From: an uncultured bacterium
GTDB taxonomy: Bacteria > Krumholzibacteriota > Krumholzibacteriia > LZORAL124-64-63
NCBI GenBank assembly: GCA_963732385.1
Contig: CAVSZB010000007.1
Span: forward strand, 448,001-512,000
Direction of reading: 5' to 3'
Length of the DNA stretch: 64,000 nt
In this document: positions 38,192 through 47,430 of the stretch, piece by piece
How positions within the stretch are numbered: the first letter of the stretch is position 1
How the letters are laid out: each line of letters starts with the position of its first letter
Program-made: the position numbers and the translations under genes
Notes under the pieces: model-generated
Databases searched by the model: none
Told to the model about the DNA's origin: nothing
What the model saw: the letters and a program-made list of their open reading frames with translations, nothing else

Positions 38192-39733
38192 TTAACGCAG
38201 ATACTGAATGAGGTTCACCTCGAACAGACGGCTGGAGGCGAGCAGGCTGGCCTGATAGGCCGCCTGCGCCTTGCTCAGCTCGCTCGCCGTCTCGATCACG
38301 TCGGCATCCCGCTCACGCGAGCGGTTCATCTGCAACTGCTCGTCCCGCTGCTGCAGAATGGTGTCCGCCCAGTCGAGCACCACCTCGCGTCCGCCAACCT
38401 TCACAATCATGCCCAGGAGCATCTCCTCAACGGCATCCAATTCGAGCATCAGTCCCCGCATGGCGGCCTTGTCATGAGACTGAAGTGACTCGCGCAGGTC
38501 CTCGAAGACTCCGAACAGACGTGCCGGCGTGCCGACGCCTCTGAGGCCGAGACTTGTGGCCGCGTTCGAACCAGCCGCGTCGGTCACATCGAAAGGGGTG
38601 GTCCGGCTGCTGACCAGCGACAGCACGCCCCCGTCAAGACGCAGCTCGATCCACGGTACGGCCGTGCTGATCGCCGTCTGCAGATCACCGACCGTGATTG
38701 CGCCGGACAGGTCCACGGTCACGCCGGTCCCCTCCCCGGAGATGACCAGGCTGCCGAGGGGCAACAGTCCGGCGAGGTCAGGGATGTCGCTCAGATTCGT
38801 GGCGGGCGTCGCGATCCCGCGCACGTCGTCCCCCACGATCGTGCCGCTGGAAGCAGTGCCGAGGATACCGAGCGACTGCGCCGTGGTCCCGCCGTCGACC
38901 TCGGCCAGAGTCAGCGGGCCCAGGCCCGACAGCTGCAGACCGTGCCCGTCGGGCGTCAGCGTCGCGGTGACGGCACCGCCGGTCTGGGCCGCGATCAGGG
39001 TGGTCAGCCCTCCCACGTCCGTGGCGGTGGAGAGGTTCAGCGTCCAGGTCTGCCCGCTGCCGTTGGTGACCGCGATGGAGCCGGGGCTCCAGCCATTGCC
39101 GAGATTCAGGTCGCTCAGGGCGGTGGCCGCGGTCAACGGGGGCGAGACATCAAGGGTTCCCCGCAGCACTGCGGTCGCCGCGGCCAGAAAATCGCTGCCC
39201 GGAATGTTGACGATCGTTGTGGTGTGCGGCCCGATCTGAGTGTCGATCTGGCCGGCATCGCCCTGGTATACGATATTGCCGCCGGACTCTATGAACGGCG
39301 TGAGGTCGGTCCGGAAACCGCCGAACAGGAAGTTACCCTCGACGTTCGCGTTCAGCGTGTTCATCAGCCGACCGATCAGATTGCGCACCTCATCGGCGGA
39401 ATGATCGTTGGAGATGTCGGTGCCGGTGGCCGAGGCCTCGCGCATGGCGATGTCGCGGGCGTCCCGCAGCACATCCGTCAGGTTCTGCAGCGCGGTGTCG
39501 GTCGACTCCACGAAGGTCCGCGACCGTTCGAGATTCTTACGATACTGGCTGTTGATGCTGATCAGGGAGTCGTAACGCTGTACGGCGCCGACCCCGCGCG
39601 GATCGTCGGCGTAATTGTTGATGCGACGCATGGTCGAGTTCATCTGCTGAAAACGCAACATCTGCGAAAGGTTCTTCTGCATGCTGCGCACCAGCGTGCG
39701 GGACATCGCACTATCCGTGATCCGCATGCCCAT
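38192..39733 (-). CDS. flgL: Hook-associated protein FlgL (large insertion)
   Basis: MRIT, RINNYADDP, N...GNFLFGG, AYQASL...NLIQYLR. Confidence 0.93.
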   Translation of the reverse strand: MGMRITDSAMSRTLVRSMQKNLSQMLRFQQMNSTMRRINNYADDPRGVGAVQRYDSLISINSQYRKNLERSRTFVESTDTALQNLTDVLRDARDIAMREASATGTDISNDHSADEVRNLIGRLMNTLNANVEGNFLFGGFRTDLTPFIESGGNIVYQGDAGQIDTQIGPHTTTIVNIPGSDFLAAATAVLRGTLDVSPPLTAATALSDLNLGNGWSPGSIAVTNGSGQTWTLNLSTATDVGGLTTLIAAQTGGAVTATLTPDGHGLQLSGLGPLTLAEVDGGTTAQSLGILGTASSGTIVGDDVRGIATPATNLSDIPDLAGLLPLGSLVISGEGTGVTVDLSGAITVGDLQTAISTAVPWIELRLDGGVLSLVSSRTTPFDVTDAAGSNAATSLGLRGVGTPARLFGVFEDLRESLQSHDKAAMRGLMLELDAVEEMLLGMIVKVGGREVVLDWADTILQQRDEQLQMNRSRERDADVIETASELSKAQAAYQASLLASSRLFEVNLIQYLR

Positions 39734-39754
39734 CCGGAACTCCTTCCGCCGCCG

Positions 39755-41125
39755 TTACACCATGTCGATCAGCGTCTGGAACATGTCGGCCGCGGCAGTA
39801 ACCACCCGTGCGGCGGCTTCGTAGGCGTTCTGGTAGCGCACCAGATTCGCCCCCTCTTCGTCCAGGCTTACGCCCCGGATGCTGTCCAGGCGTCCGGCGA
39901 GCGTCTCCACGACGTTCTGCTGGTTCTCGAGCAGAAACTGGAAACTGCCCCGCTGCGACGCCATGTCGACGATCATTGCGTTGTAGCGGTCCATGAGGCT
40001 CTTGCTTCCTTCGCCAGCGAGCGGCTGGGAAGCGAGGGTGGCGATTTCCCGGGAGAGATCGTTGTCACCTTCGAGACCTGAGCGCGAAGTCGCCACGAGA
40101 TCGAAATCTTTCACGATCGCGGAGTTGAGCGAAAGGGTCGAGGCACTGTCGCCGGTAAAGAAGAGGATGCCGCTGGATCTCGCGGTCCGCCCCTGCGTAT
40201 GGAGTTCGTTCACTTTTTCAATGAGGGTGACCGCGAGATCGTCCAGACGAACGCGCGCCTCCCGGATATGATCGTCCCGGGCGGTGATCATCCCCTGCAG
40301 CTTGCCCTCGTCCAGGGCCACCGGCACCTGCCCCGAGGCGGTGACCACGCTGGCGGTTTCCCCGGACGTCGTAGAGTCGCGCCGCAGCTGCAGCAACTCG
40401 ACCTCCGCGCGGGTCACGACCGTGCGCCCCTTGAGCACCAGATCCACGGTGCCGTCTTCCCGCTCGAGGACGGACACCTTGGTCAGCTTGGAGATCTCCA
40501 TGATCAGGGATTCACGCTGGTCGCGCAGATCGTTCGCGGCCCCCTGGGATGACTCCACGTAGAGGATCTGCCGGTTCAGGTCACCCACCTGCCGCAGCAG
40601 GCTGTTCAGATTGTCGATTTCGCGCGAGAGACCGTCATTCATGCTCTGCTCGAGGTCGTCGAGCGAGCTGGCGGTGGCGCGGACGTCGGTGACCAGACTC
40701 TGCGCCGAGCTGACGACCGCCTGCTTCAGGGAGCTGTTGATCGGCGGCGTGGCGAGATCGCTCCAGGCGTTGAAGAACGCCCCCAGCGAAGTGCCCAGGT
40801 GATCGTTGCTGACGGAACCGAAGATCGCCTCGATTTCCCGCAGGTTGGAGTCGATCTGGTCATAGCTGGCAAGACGGGCCTCCTGGGTACGCTGCTTCTG
40901 CTGCAGGAAGACATCGGTGAGTCGACGGATCTGGTCGACCTGGGCCCCGCGGCCGAGGCTGCCGAAAGCCAGCTGTTGCGGCAGCCGGGCGGTCACCAGC
41001 ACCTCCTGCCGGCTGAAACCGGGCGTATTGGCGTTGGCGATGTTGTGACTGACCGTCTGCAACGCGAGCCGGGCCAGGTACATCCCGCTCAGGCTGGTGT
41101 CCATGAGGGAAGTGAGTCCGCCCAT
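39755..41125 (-). CDS. flgK: Hook-associated protein FlgK
   Basis: HNIANANTPGFSRQ, NDLRDQR, GVSLDEE..L..YQNAY.AAA. Confidence 0.96.
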   Translation of the reverse strand: MGGLTSLMDTSLSGMYLARLALQTVSHNIANANTPGFSRQEVLVTARLPQQLAFGSLGRGAQVDQIRRLTDVFLQQKQRTQEARLASYDQIDSNLREIEAIFGSVSNDHLGTSLGAFFNAWSDLATPPINSSLKQAVVSSAQSLVTDVRATASSLDDLEQSMNDGLSREIDNLNSLLRQVGDLNRQILYVESSQGAANDLRDQRESLIMEISKLTKVSVLEREDGTVDLVLKGRTVVTRAEVELLQLRRDSTTSGETASVVTASGQVPVALDEGKLQGMITARDDHIREARVRLDDLAVTLIEKVNELHTQGRTARSSGILFFTGDSASTLSLNSAIVKDFDLVATSRSGLEGDNDLSREIATLASQPLAGEGSKSLMDRYNAMIVDMASQRGSFQFLLENQQNVVETLAGRLDSIRGVSLDEEGANLVRYQNAYEAAARVVTAAADMFQTLIDMV

Positions 41126-41141
41126 TCCGTCCCCCTCCTCC

Positions 41142-41687
41142 TCAGGCCCGGTGCTGCACGAGGCGGGCGCCGTTGGTGGTGGATCGCTGTCCGTCGCCTT
41201 CGTAGCATCCGGCCGGATCGTTCATGACGCACTGCCGGAAAATGTTCGCTTCCTGCTCCACCAGCTCCAGGCAGAAGCGCGCCAGCATGACGTTCAGGCC
41301 GTTCTGCCGATACAGATCGCCGGCCGTGTCCGCGATGCGCCGCACCGCCCCCCGCAGCGCGGTGCGCTGGCCGGAGTCGGCTCGCGTGAGCAGTGTCTCG
41401 GTCGTGAGCTGTTCCGTCGGCAGTTCCAGCCGCGCGCCGATCGCCCGCAGATTCCCCTCGCGCCGTCGGCGCGCCGCGTCGGCGATCGGCAGGAATTTCC
41501 GCCATTCCTGGGCATTAATTTCCAGCCGCATGGCGTCACGCCGTTTCAGGTAGGCGGTCTGGCGCCAGGCCAGGCGGCGCAGGCGGCGGTACTCCCGCTC
41601 CTCGCACGCCAGCAGTTCACACAGTCCCGCCGCTTCCTCGGGGCGCAGGCGGGGAGCTGTCGATCCAGCGCTCATGAGCCACCTCAC
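41142..41687 (-). CDS. flgN: FlgN-like chaperone
   Basis: Directly upstream of flgK; LL..E...Y..L, Q.N..L.. helical pattern. Confidence 0.65.
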   Translation of the reverse strand: MRWLMSAGSTAPRLRPEEAAGLCELLACEEREYRRLRRLAWRQTAYLKRRDAMRLEINAQEWRKFLPIADAARRRREGNLRAIGARLELPTEQLTTETLLTRADSGQRTALRGAVRRIADTAGDLYRQNGLNVMLARFCLELVEQEANIFRQCVMNDPAGCYEGDGQRSTTNGARLVQHRA

Positions 41688-42766
41688 TCGAATTCCGTTG
41701 ACGGGACCGTCGGTACGGCGGGAGTAGTCGCCAGATTCGTGCCATCGGCATCACGCAGGCGCGAGTAGAGCTTTCCCACGCGGGAGACATAGTCGCGCGT
41801 TTCCCGATAGGGAGGGATGTTGCCGCCGTGCCGCTCGACCGTCCCCGGGCCGGCATTGTAGCCTGCGAGGGCCAGGTCCACGCTGCTGCCGAATCGCTGC
41901 AGCATGCGCGCCAGATACCGGGCGCCGCCCATGACATTCTGCCCGGGGTGCAGCGGCTGACTGACCCCCACTTCCACGGCCGTGCCGGGCATCAGCTGCA
42001 TCAGACCCAGCGCGCCCCGCGGCGAACGCGCCTGCGGGTCGCCGCCCGATTCCTGCACCAGGACCGACAGCAGAAGCGCCGGATCGACACCGGTGTCGGC
42101 GGACGCCCTGGTGATTTCCGGCTCGAAACGGCGCAGGGAGTCGGCCACGGCTCCCCCTTCACGGGCCGCGGCCGCGCGCAGGGTCGCCAAAGCGCCGTCG
42201 CTGGCCGCCTGGACCTGGTAGACCGCCAGACCATGCGGGAACGCCGGTGGCGTGACCGCGAGCGGCGGCACGGAGGTCGGCTCGGGCGCGGCAGCCGGCG
42301 CGGCGTCGGGAATTTGGACCGGCGCAGGCCGGCGGGGCGTTGACGCCGCCAGCGGGACCGGAAGGCTCGGCGGACTCAAAGTGAGGGCCCAGTCATCCGT
42401 CTCCGCCACCGCGTCGATGTACGACGGCTCCGGCTGTGTCAACGGCGCCGGCGTGATCTCCCCACCGCCGTACGCCCGGACGATCATGTCGGCAATGCCG
42501 AGACCACTGCCGGAATTCGCGGCCGCTCGTGCCAACTCGTCGTCGTACATCTGGCGATACTGCTGGGTGGCGCCCTCGTTCTCGATCAGCCCCGACTCCG
42601 GCACGGTCGCCCGCATCGAGCGCAGCAGCGTCGACACCATCAGGGACTCGAATTCCTGCGCCACCGCGCGCAGGCGCCGCTGGCGATCGCCCGCGACGTC
42701 CCCGGCGCGCGGCGACACCGGTGGCCGGGAGGGAAGAATGCCCGCTACGTCAGTCATGCCGATCAC
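41684..42766 (-). CDS. flgJ: FlgJ-like protein: rod-binding domain fused to SLT lytic transglycosylase
   Basis: AQEFES.M...L.SMR.TV..G.G.ADM N-domain; QESGG, GLMQLMP, AGYNAG, ETRDYV. Confidence 0.88.
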   Translation of the reverse strand: MIGMTDVAGILPSRPPVSPRAGDVAGDRQRRLRAVAQEFESLMVSTLLRSMRATVPESGLIENEGATQQYRQMYDDELARAAANSGSGLGIADMIVRAYGGGEITPAPLTQPEPSYIDAVAETDDWALTLSPPSLPVPLAASTPRRPAPVQIPDAAPAAAPEPTSVPPLAVTPPAFPHGLAVYQVQAASDGALATLRAAAAREGGAVADSLRRFEPEITRASADTGVDPALLLSVLVQESGGDPQARSPRGALGLMQLMPGTAVEVGVSQPLHPGQNVMGGARYLARMLQRFGSSVDLALAGYNAGPGTVERHGGNIPPYRETRDYVSRVGKLYSRLRDADGTNLATTPAVPTVPSTEFE

Positions 42767-43893
42767 ATGATCTGCAGTTCGGCCTGCAGAGCCCCCGCCT
42801 GCTTGAGGGCCTCGAGGATGGCGATGATGTCGCGGGGCGAGGCGCCAAGGTCGTTGAGCACCGACACCACGTCCGCCACCGTGCTGGTTTCAGGGAGGTG
42901 CAGCACCGACGCCTCCTTGTCCTGGACGTCGGTGATCACTTCCGGAGTGACGGTCGTGCGACCGCTTTCATTGAACGAATTCGGCTGCGAGACGTCGTAC
43001 CGCGTCTTGATGACCACCTTCAGGTTGCCGTGGGCCACCGCCGCTTCGCGCAGCATGACGCCCTGTCCGACGATGATCGTGCCGGTGCGCTCGTTGATCA
43101 CCACGCGCGCCGTTGCGTCGGCCAACGCCGACAAATCGCCCATACTGGCGATGAAGTCGACAGGCTGCGCCACGAACGCGGCCGGCACTTCGGCCTCCAC
43201 CCGCTGCGCGTCGATCGGCCGGGCCGAGCCGGCTCCATACGCCTGATTGATCGCCGCCGCGACTGCGGCCGAGGTGTTGAAGTCGGGATGATGGAGCAGC
43301 CAGGCCACCTTCCCCCCCTGCACGAACGAGCGCATGAGGCGATTGACGACTTTCGCGCCGTTGGGAATCATCCCCACCGTGGAGTGGTTCTTGCGGAACG
43401 AATTGTTGGCGCCACTGCGGATGTTGAACCCACCAATCGATACGGCTCCCTGGGCCAGGCCGTAGACCAGACCGTCCGCACCCTTGAGCGGCGTCATGAT
43501 GAGCTGGCCGCCTTCGAGGCTGCTGGCGTCGCCGAGGGAGGAGACTGTCACGTCGAACGGGCTGCCCACGGCCGCGCTCGCCTCCAGCCGCGCCGTCACC
43601 ACGACGGCCGCCACGTTTTTCAGCTTGAGCGTGAGCGGATCCACAGTCACGCCGAGACGTTCGAGCATGGATGCGAGGGAATTGATGGTGAACGCCGCGG
43701 TCTGACCGTCGCCGGTCCCCCCGAGCCCCACCACGAGGCCGTAGCCGAGCAACGCCTCCGGGTCGACCCCTTCGAGCGTTGCCAGATCCTTGATGCGGGT
43801 CGTCTGCGTCACCGCCGGCGCGGCCTGCAGCAGCAGCGCCGATAACACCGTGGCCGCGCCCGTCAACCGGAGTTTCCACGCGGTCTTGCGCAT
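42763..43893 (-). CDS. flgI: P-ring protein FlgI
   Basis: RIKDL, GYGLVVGL.GTGD, KNVAAV, VVINERTGT, LKQAGALQAEL. Confidence 0.97.
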   Translation of the reverse strand: MRKTAWKLRLTGAATVLSALLLQAAPAVTQTTRIKDLATLEGVDPEALLGYGLVVGLGGTGDGQTAAFTINSLASMLERLGVTVDPLTLKLKNVAAVVVTARLEASAAVGSPFDVTVSSLGDASSLEGGQLIMTPLKGADGLVYGLAQGAVSIGGFNIRSGANNSFRKNHSTVGMIPNGAKVVNRLMRSFVQGGKVAWLLHHPDFNTSAAVAAAINQAYGAGSARPIDAQRVEAEVPAAFVAQPVDFIASMGDLSALADATARVVINERTGTIIVGQGVMLREAAVAHGNLKVVIKTRYDVSQPNSFNESGRTTVTPEVITDVQDKEASVLHLPETSTVADVVSVLNDLGASPRDIIAILEALKQAGALQAELQIM

Positions 43894-43903
43894 CCAGTTC
43901 CCC

Positions 43904-44497
43904 CTAGAAGAGCCAGTTGACGAGCTTGGTGATGATGCCCGGCTCGCTGCTGGCGTTGATGATGCCGGAGCCCGTGTAGGCGATCCGGGCATCGGCGATA
44001 TAGGTCGACAGGATGGTGTTGTCCGGCGCGATATCGCGCGCCCGGCAGATCCCCGTCACTTCGATCAACTGACGCTCGCCGTTGATGTCGACCATGCGCT
44101 GGCCGGCAAGCCGGTAATCGCCATTCTGCAGCACCTCGACGATACGCGCGGTCAGTTGCGCCTGCAGGTCTCCGGTGCGGGCGGTACGGCCGTCGCCCTT
44201 GTACTTGTTCTCGCTGTCGATGCTCCAGGATCCGATCAGGTTCAGAAAGCCGAGTCCCGGTCCGCCCTTCACTTCGGTCTTGTTGTTGGCGTCGGTCTTG
44301 GCGCTGGCGTTGGCGGTGGATTGCTCGGTGATGATGATGGTGACGATGTCGCCTACGCGCTGAGCCTTCAGGTTCGAAACCAGCGAGCGGCCCGACTCGA
44401 GGTCCACCAACGGATCCGCGGCCCGCACCGGCCCCACGGCGGGCATGGCCGCAAGGATCGCCAGGGCGCAGACACCCCGGATTGTCGCACTCTGCAT
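43904..44497 (-). CDS. flgH: L-ring protein FlgH
   Basis: KA.RVGDIVTIII.E, EVL.NG, DI..DNTI.S..IADA.I.Y.G.G. Confidence 0.93.
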   Translation of the reverse strand: MQSATIRGVCALAILAAMPAVGPVRAADPLVDLESGRSLVSNLKAQRVGDIVTIIITEQSTANASAKTDANNKTEVKGGPGLGFLNLIGSWSIDSENKYKGDGRTARTGDLQAQLTARIVEVLQNGDYRLAGQRMVDINGERQLIEVTGICRARDIAPDNTILSTYIADARIAYTGSGIINASSEPGIITKLVNWLF

Positions 44498-44502
44498 CCG
44501 AA

Positions 44503-45462
44503 TCACCTTCTCCACTCCACCAGCCCAGGCCCGGAGACCCGGCCCGTGGCCAGCTTGCCATTGATGTCGTTGCGAACCGTTACGATCTGTCCCAGAACTC
44601 CATCCTGTCGCGCCGTCGCCCGGACGGTGACCACCACCGATCCGCGCTGCACGGCGAGGTCGACCGTGTCGCCGGCCCGCACGAGTGGGGTGGCCCGCAG
44701 ATCGGTCTGGCGCACCGGTTCGCCCGCGGCCAGCGCGCGGCCGGCGCTGCGGCCCTCGATCGCGGCCCGGCCGACCGCCAGCCCCGGAGTCACGGTGGTC
44801 AGGTCACGCCATTCCCAGACGAACTGCGTGGCGGCGAGCGGAGCGGCCGCTGCGACAGGGATCCGTGCGACCGCCACCTCCCCGTACACATGGCAGATTA
44901 CCGCGGCGGTCACCCGCGCCGCCCTGCCTCCGCCGCTCACTCGCAACGGTACGAGGTTGCGTCCGGGGCGCAGCGGCTGCGGATCCGTCAGTTCTACCAA
45001 CCAGGCGTCGGCCGAGAGCGCCGGCGTTGCCACCTCGAGCTCGATCCAGGTGACTGGCGCACCCGACAGCGCCTCCGGCAACAGCGGCTCGAGCAGTGCG
45101 GTCACGCGAGCGCGCAGCTGATCCTCGTCCGCTGCCCGGCCGGTGAACACCACCACGCAGCGATCGGCGCCGGCACAGCGCGCAACGCCGGAGGCGAGGC
45201 CCCTCTCCACCAGGCGTCGCAGCACGATCCTCCGGTCGATTACCGCCAGCTGGCCCGGTCGACCGTCGCCGGCCAGCACCAGCGCCGCCGCGGCATCCGG
45301 ACACGCTTCCAGGTTGATGTCCCCCAAACGCACCTGCGGTCCGGGGAGACGCACCGTGTCGGACAACGCAAGCACCCAGCCGGCTGGTGGCGCGGCTACA
45401 GCCGGAAACACAGCGATCATCTGCGCCGTGAGCAGGGTCAGCAGGACAAGGGTCCGAAACAC
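44503..45462 (-). CDS. flgA: P-ring chaperone FlgA
   Basis: Signal peptide; SAF domain; LVRAGDTV...QDG..GQ.V.VRN. Confidence 0.9.
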   Translation of the reverse strand: MFRTLVLLTLLTAQMIAVFPAVAAPPAGWVLALSDTVRLPGPQVRLGDINLEACPDAAAALVLAGDGRPGQLAVIDRRIVLRRLVERGLASGVARCAGADRCVVVFTGRAADEDQLRARVTALLEPLLPEALSGAPVTWIELEVATPALSADAWLVELTDPQPLRPGRNLVPLRVSGGGRAARVTAAVICHVYGEVAVARIPVAAAAPLAATQFVWEWRDLTTVTPGLAVGRAAIEGRSAGRALAAGEPVRQTDLRATPLVRAGDTVDLAVQRGSVVVTVRATARQDGVLGQIVTVRNDINGKLATGRVSGPGLVEWRR

Positions 45463-45466
45463 CCGG

Positions 45467-46258
45467 CTACCTCTTTAACTGGTTGATGGTCTGCAACATG
45501 TCGTCCGCGACGCTGATCGAGCGCGAGTTCAACTCGTACGCGCGCTGCGCAGTGATCATGTTGACCAGCTCTTCGACAGTTTCGACGTTGGCCATCTCCA
45601 GGAATCCGGCGGAGATTTCGCCGATCCCCTCCAGCCCTGGCACCCCGCGCACCGCAGTGCCGCTGGCCGGCGATTCGAGGAACAGGTTTCCGCCCCGGCT
45701 GCGCAGGCCGGCGGGGTTGGGGAATTTCGCGACTTCAAGCCGCCCGAGGTCCTGCACGGTGCTGCCGTCGCCCGCCAGCATGACCGACACCGTGCCGTCG
45801 CGTGCGACGGAGATTTCGGTGGCTTCGAGCGGGATCTGGATCGCCGGCTCCAGGTAGTAGCCGGCCGCCGTGACCAGATTGCGCTCCCCGTCGAGCTTGA
45901 AACTGCCGTCGCGCGTGAAAGCCAGGGAGCCGTCTGGAAGCTTGATCTGGAAGAAACCGTCCCCTTCGATCATCAGATCGAGAGGATTGCCGGTCTGCCG
46001 CATCTGGCCCTGCGAAAACATCTTATCTGTGGCCACAAGCTTTACTCCATGCCCAACCTCCACGCGCGCAGGGGCGGCCAGGCCGGAGCCGCGCGTCGAG
46101 CCCGTGGGCACGACCGCCTCGTACAGCAGATCCTGAAACTCGGCGGTACTCTTCTTGAATCCGGCCGTGTTCACGTTCGCCAGGTTGTTGGCGATGGTAT
46201 CGATGTTCAGCTGCTGGGCCTTCATGCCCGAGGCGGCCGTCGTCATGGCTCGGATCAT
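45467..46258 (-). CDS. flgG: Distal rod protein FlgG
   Basis: ANNLANVNT.GFKK..AEFQDLLY, TRDGSF, AQRAYELNS. Confidence 0.97.
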   Translation of the reverse strand: MIRAMTTAASGMKAQQLNIDTIANNLANVNTAGFKKSTAEFQDLLYEAVVPTGSTRGSGLAAPARVEVGHGVKLVATDKMFSQGQMRQTGNPLDLMIEGDGFFQIKLPDGSLAFTRDGSFKLDGERNLVTAAGYYLEPAIQIPLEATEISVARDGTVSVMLAGDGSTVQDLGRLEVAKFPNPAGLRSRGGNLFLESPASGTAVRGVPGLEGIGEISAGFLEMANVETVEELVNMITAQRAYELNSRSISVADDMLQTINQLKR

Positions 46259-46293
46259 CGCGCCCGTTCTCCCTTCCCGCCTGCGCCACGCAC

Positions 46294-47166
46294 CTAGCGC
46301 ACGGCCGGCAGTTGATTGACCGCCTTGTCCAGATTCTCGTCCGTGGCCTGCATGAGACGCGATTCGATTTCGAAGGCCCGCTGGGCGGAAATCATGGCCA
46401 CGAGTGTGTACACCGGATCAACGTTGCTGCCCTCGAGCTGCCCCTGCACCACTTCCACCTGTTCGGGACTGAGCGGTTGCGCCGCCTCCCCCTTCGGAGC
46501 GGACAGCCGCGAGTCCCCCCGGTGCTGCAGCCGCGAGGGGTCCGGAAAGTCAACGATCTGCAGGCGCGCGCCGACACTGCCATTCACCGTGACAGACCCA
46601 TCCCGTCCCACGGAAAAGGGAGAGCTGCCGTCAATTTCGATCGGACCGCCAGTGCCGAGTACGGGAGCTCCGTCGGCCGTGACCAGACGACCGGAAGCGT
46701 CGACCGTGAAGTGGCCGTTGCGCGTGTACTGCTCGCCCTGCTCGGTCTGGATGACGAAGTAGCCGCGCCCGACGACTGCGAAGTCGGCCATGCGCCCGGT
46801 ATCGCGCAGGGGGCCCGGACTGTTGTCCACTCGCGCGGTCATCTCAAGATCGGCGCTGCTGGCCCAGACGTTCCCGGCGGTGCTGCGCGCCGGGCTGGCG
46901 GACCGGGCGGTCGTGCCGGCGCCACCCTCTTCGCTCGCGGCGGACACGGCCTCCGCAGCCGACATCCCCACCGGATTGACGACCCCGGCCGGATTCGCCT
47001 CGGGGTAGGACTGCCGGGCCGCACCGTCCGCTGCCCGCTCGGCAACGCGCGTCAGCACCTGCTTGAACCCCGTGGCGTCGACGTTGGCAAGGTTGTTGGC
47101 AAGGGTATCGATCTGCGTCAGACGCAGATTCATGGCCCTTTCCGCCGTGTGCAAACTTCTGAGCAA
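46294..47166 (-). CDS. flgF: Rod protein FlgF (Ala-rich insert)
   Basis: TTG start after AAGGAG; ANNLANVD.TGFK, YTRNG.F, LEGSNV. Confidence 0.9.
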   Translation of the reverse strand: MLRSLHTAERAMNLRLTQIDTLANNLANVDATGFKQVLTRVAERAADGAARQSYPEANPAGVVNPVGMSAAEAVSAASEEGGAGTTARSASPARSTAGNVWASSADLEMTARVDNSPGPLRDTGRMADFAVVGRGYFVIQTEQGEQYTRNGHFTVDASGRLVTADGAPVLGTGGPIEIDGSSPFSVGRDGSVTVNGSVGARLQIVDFPDPSRLQHRGDSRLSAPKGEAAQPLSPEQVEVVQGQLEGSNVDPVYTLVAMISAQRAFEIESRLMQATDENLDKAVNQLPAVR

Positions 47167-47215
47167 GGCTTCTCCTTCTGGTCGTCCCCTACCGGGACAA
47201 CGCCGCCATCCGGGC

Positions 47216-47231
47216 CGCAAGGCGCGTGCCG
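47216..47231 (-). promoter_or_regulatory. Sigma54 promoter of the flgF-flgG-flgA-flgH-flgI-flgJ-flgN-flgK-flgL-fliW-csrA run
   Basis: CGGCACGCGCCTTGCG. Confidence 0.75.
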
Positions 47232-47430
47232 GTGCGCCGGGCGTGTTCGTTTCAAAACGGCGCCACCGGCACCACCGGCGGCGCCATCCCGAAACGCCGC
47301 GCTACGGGCACGGATTGGCCCCGGAGCAGCAACCGGGAAGGAATTGCCGGGTGGATGACGCCGTGTCAGGCCCGTCGAGCCGACCGGAACCGGCCGCGCG
47401 CTGGATGGAAGCGGAACAGGGAGTGGACGA

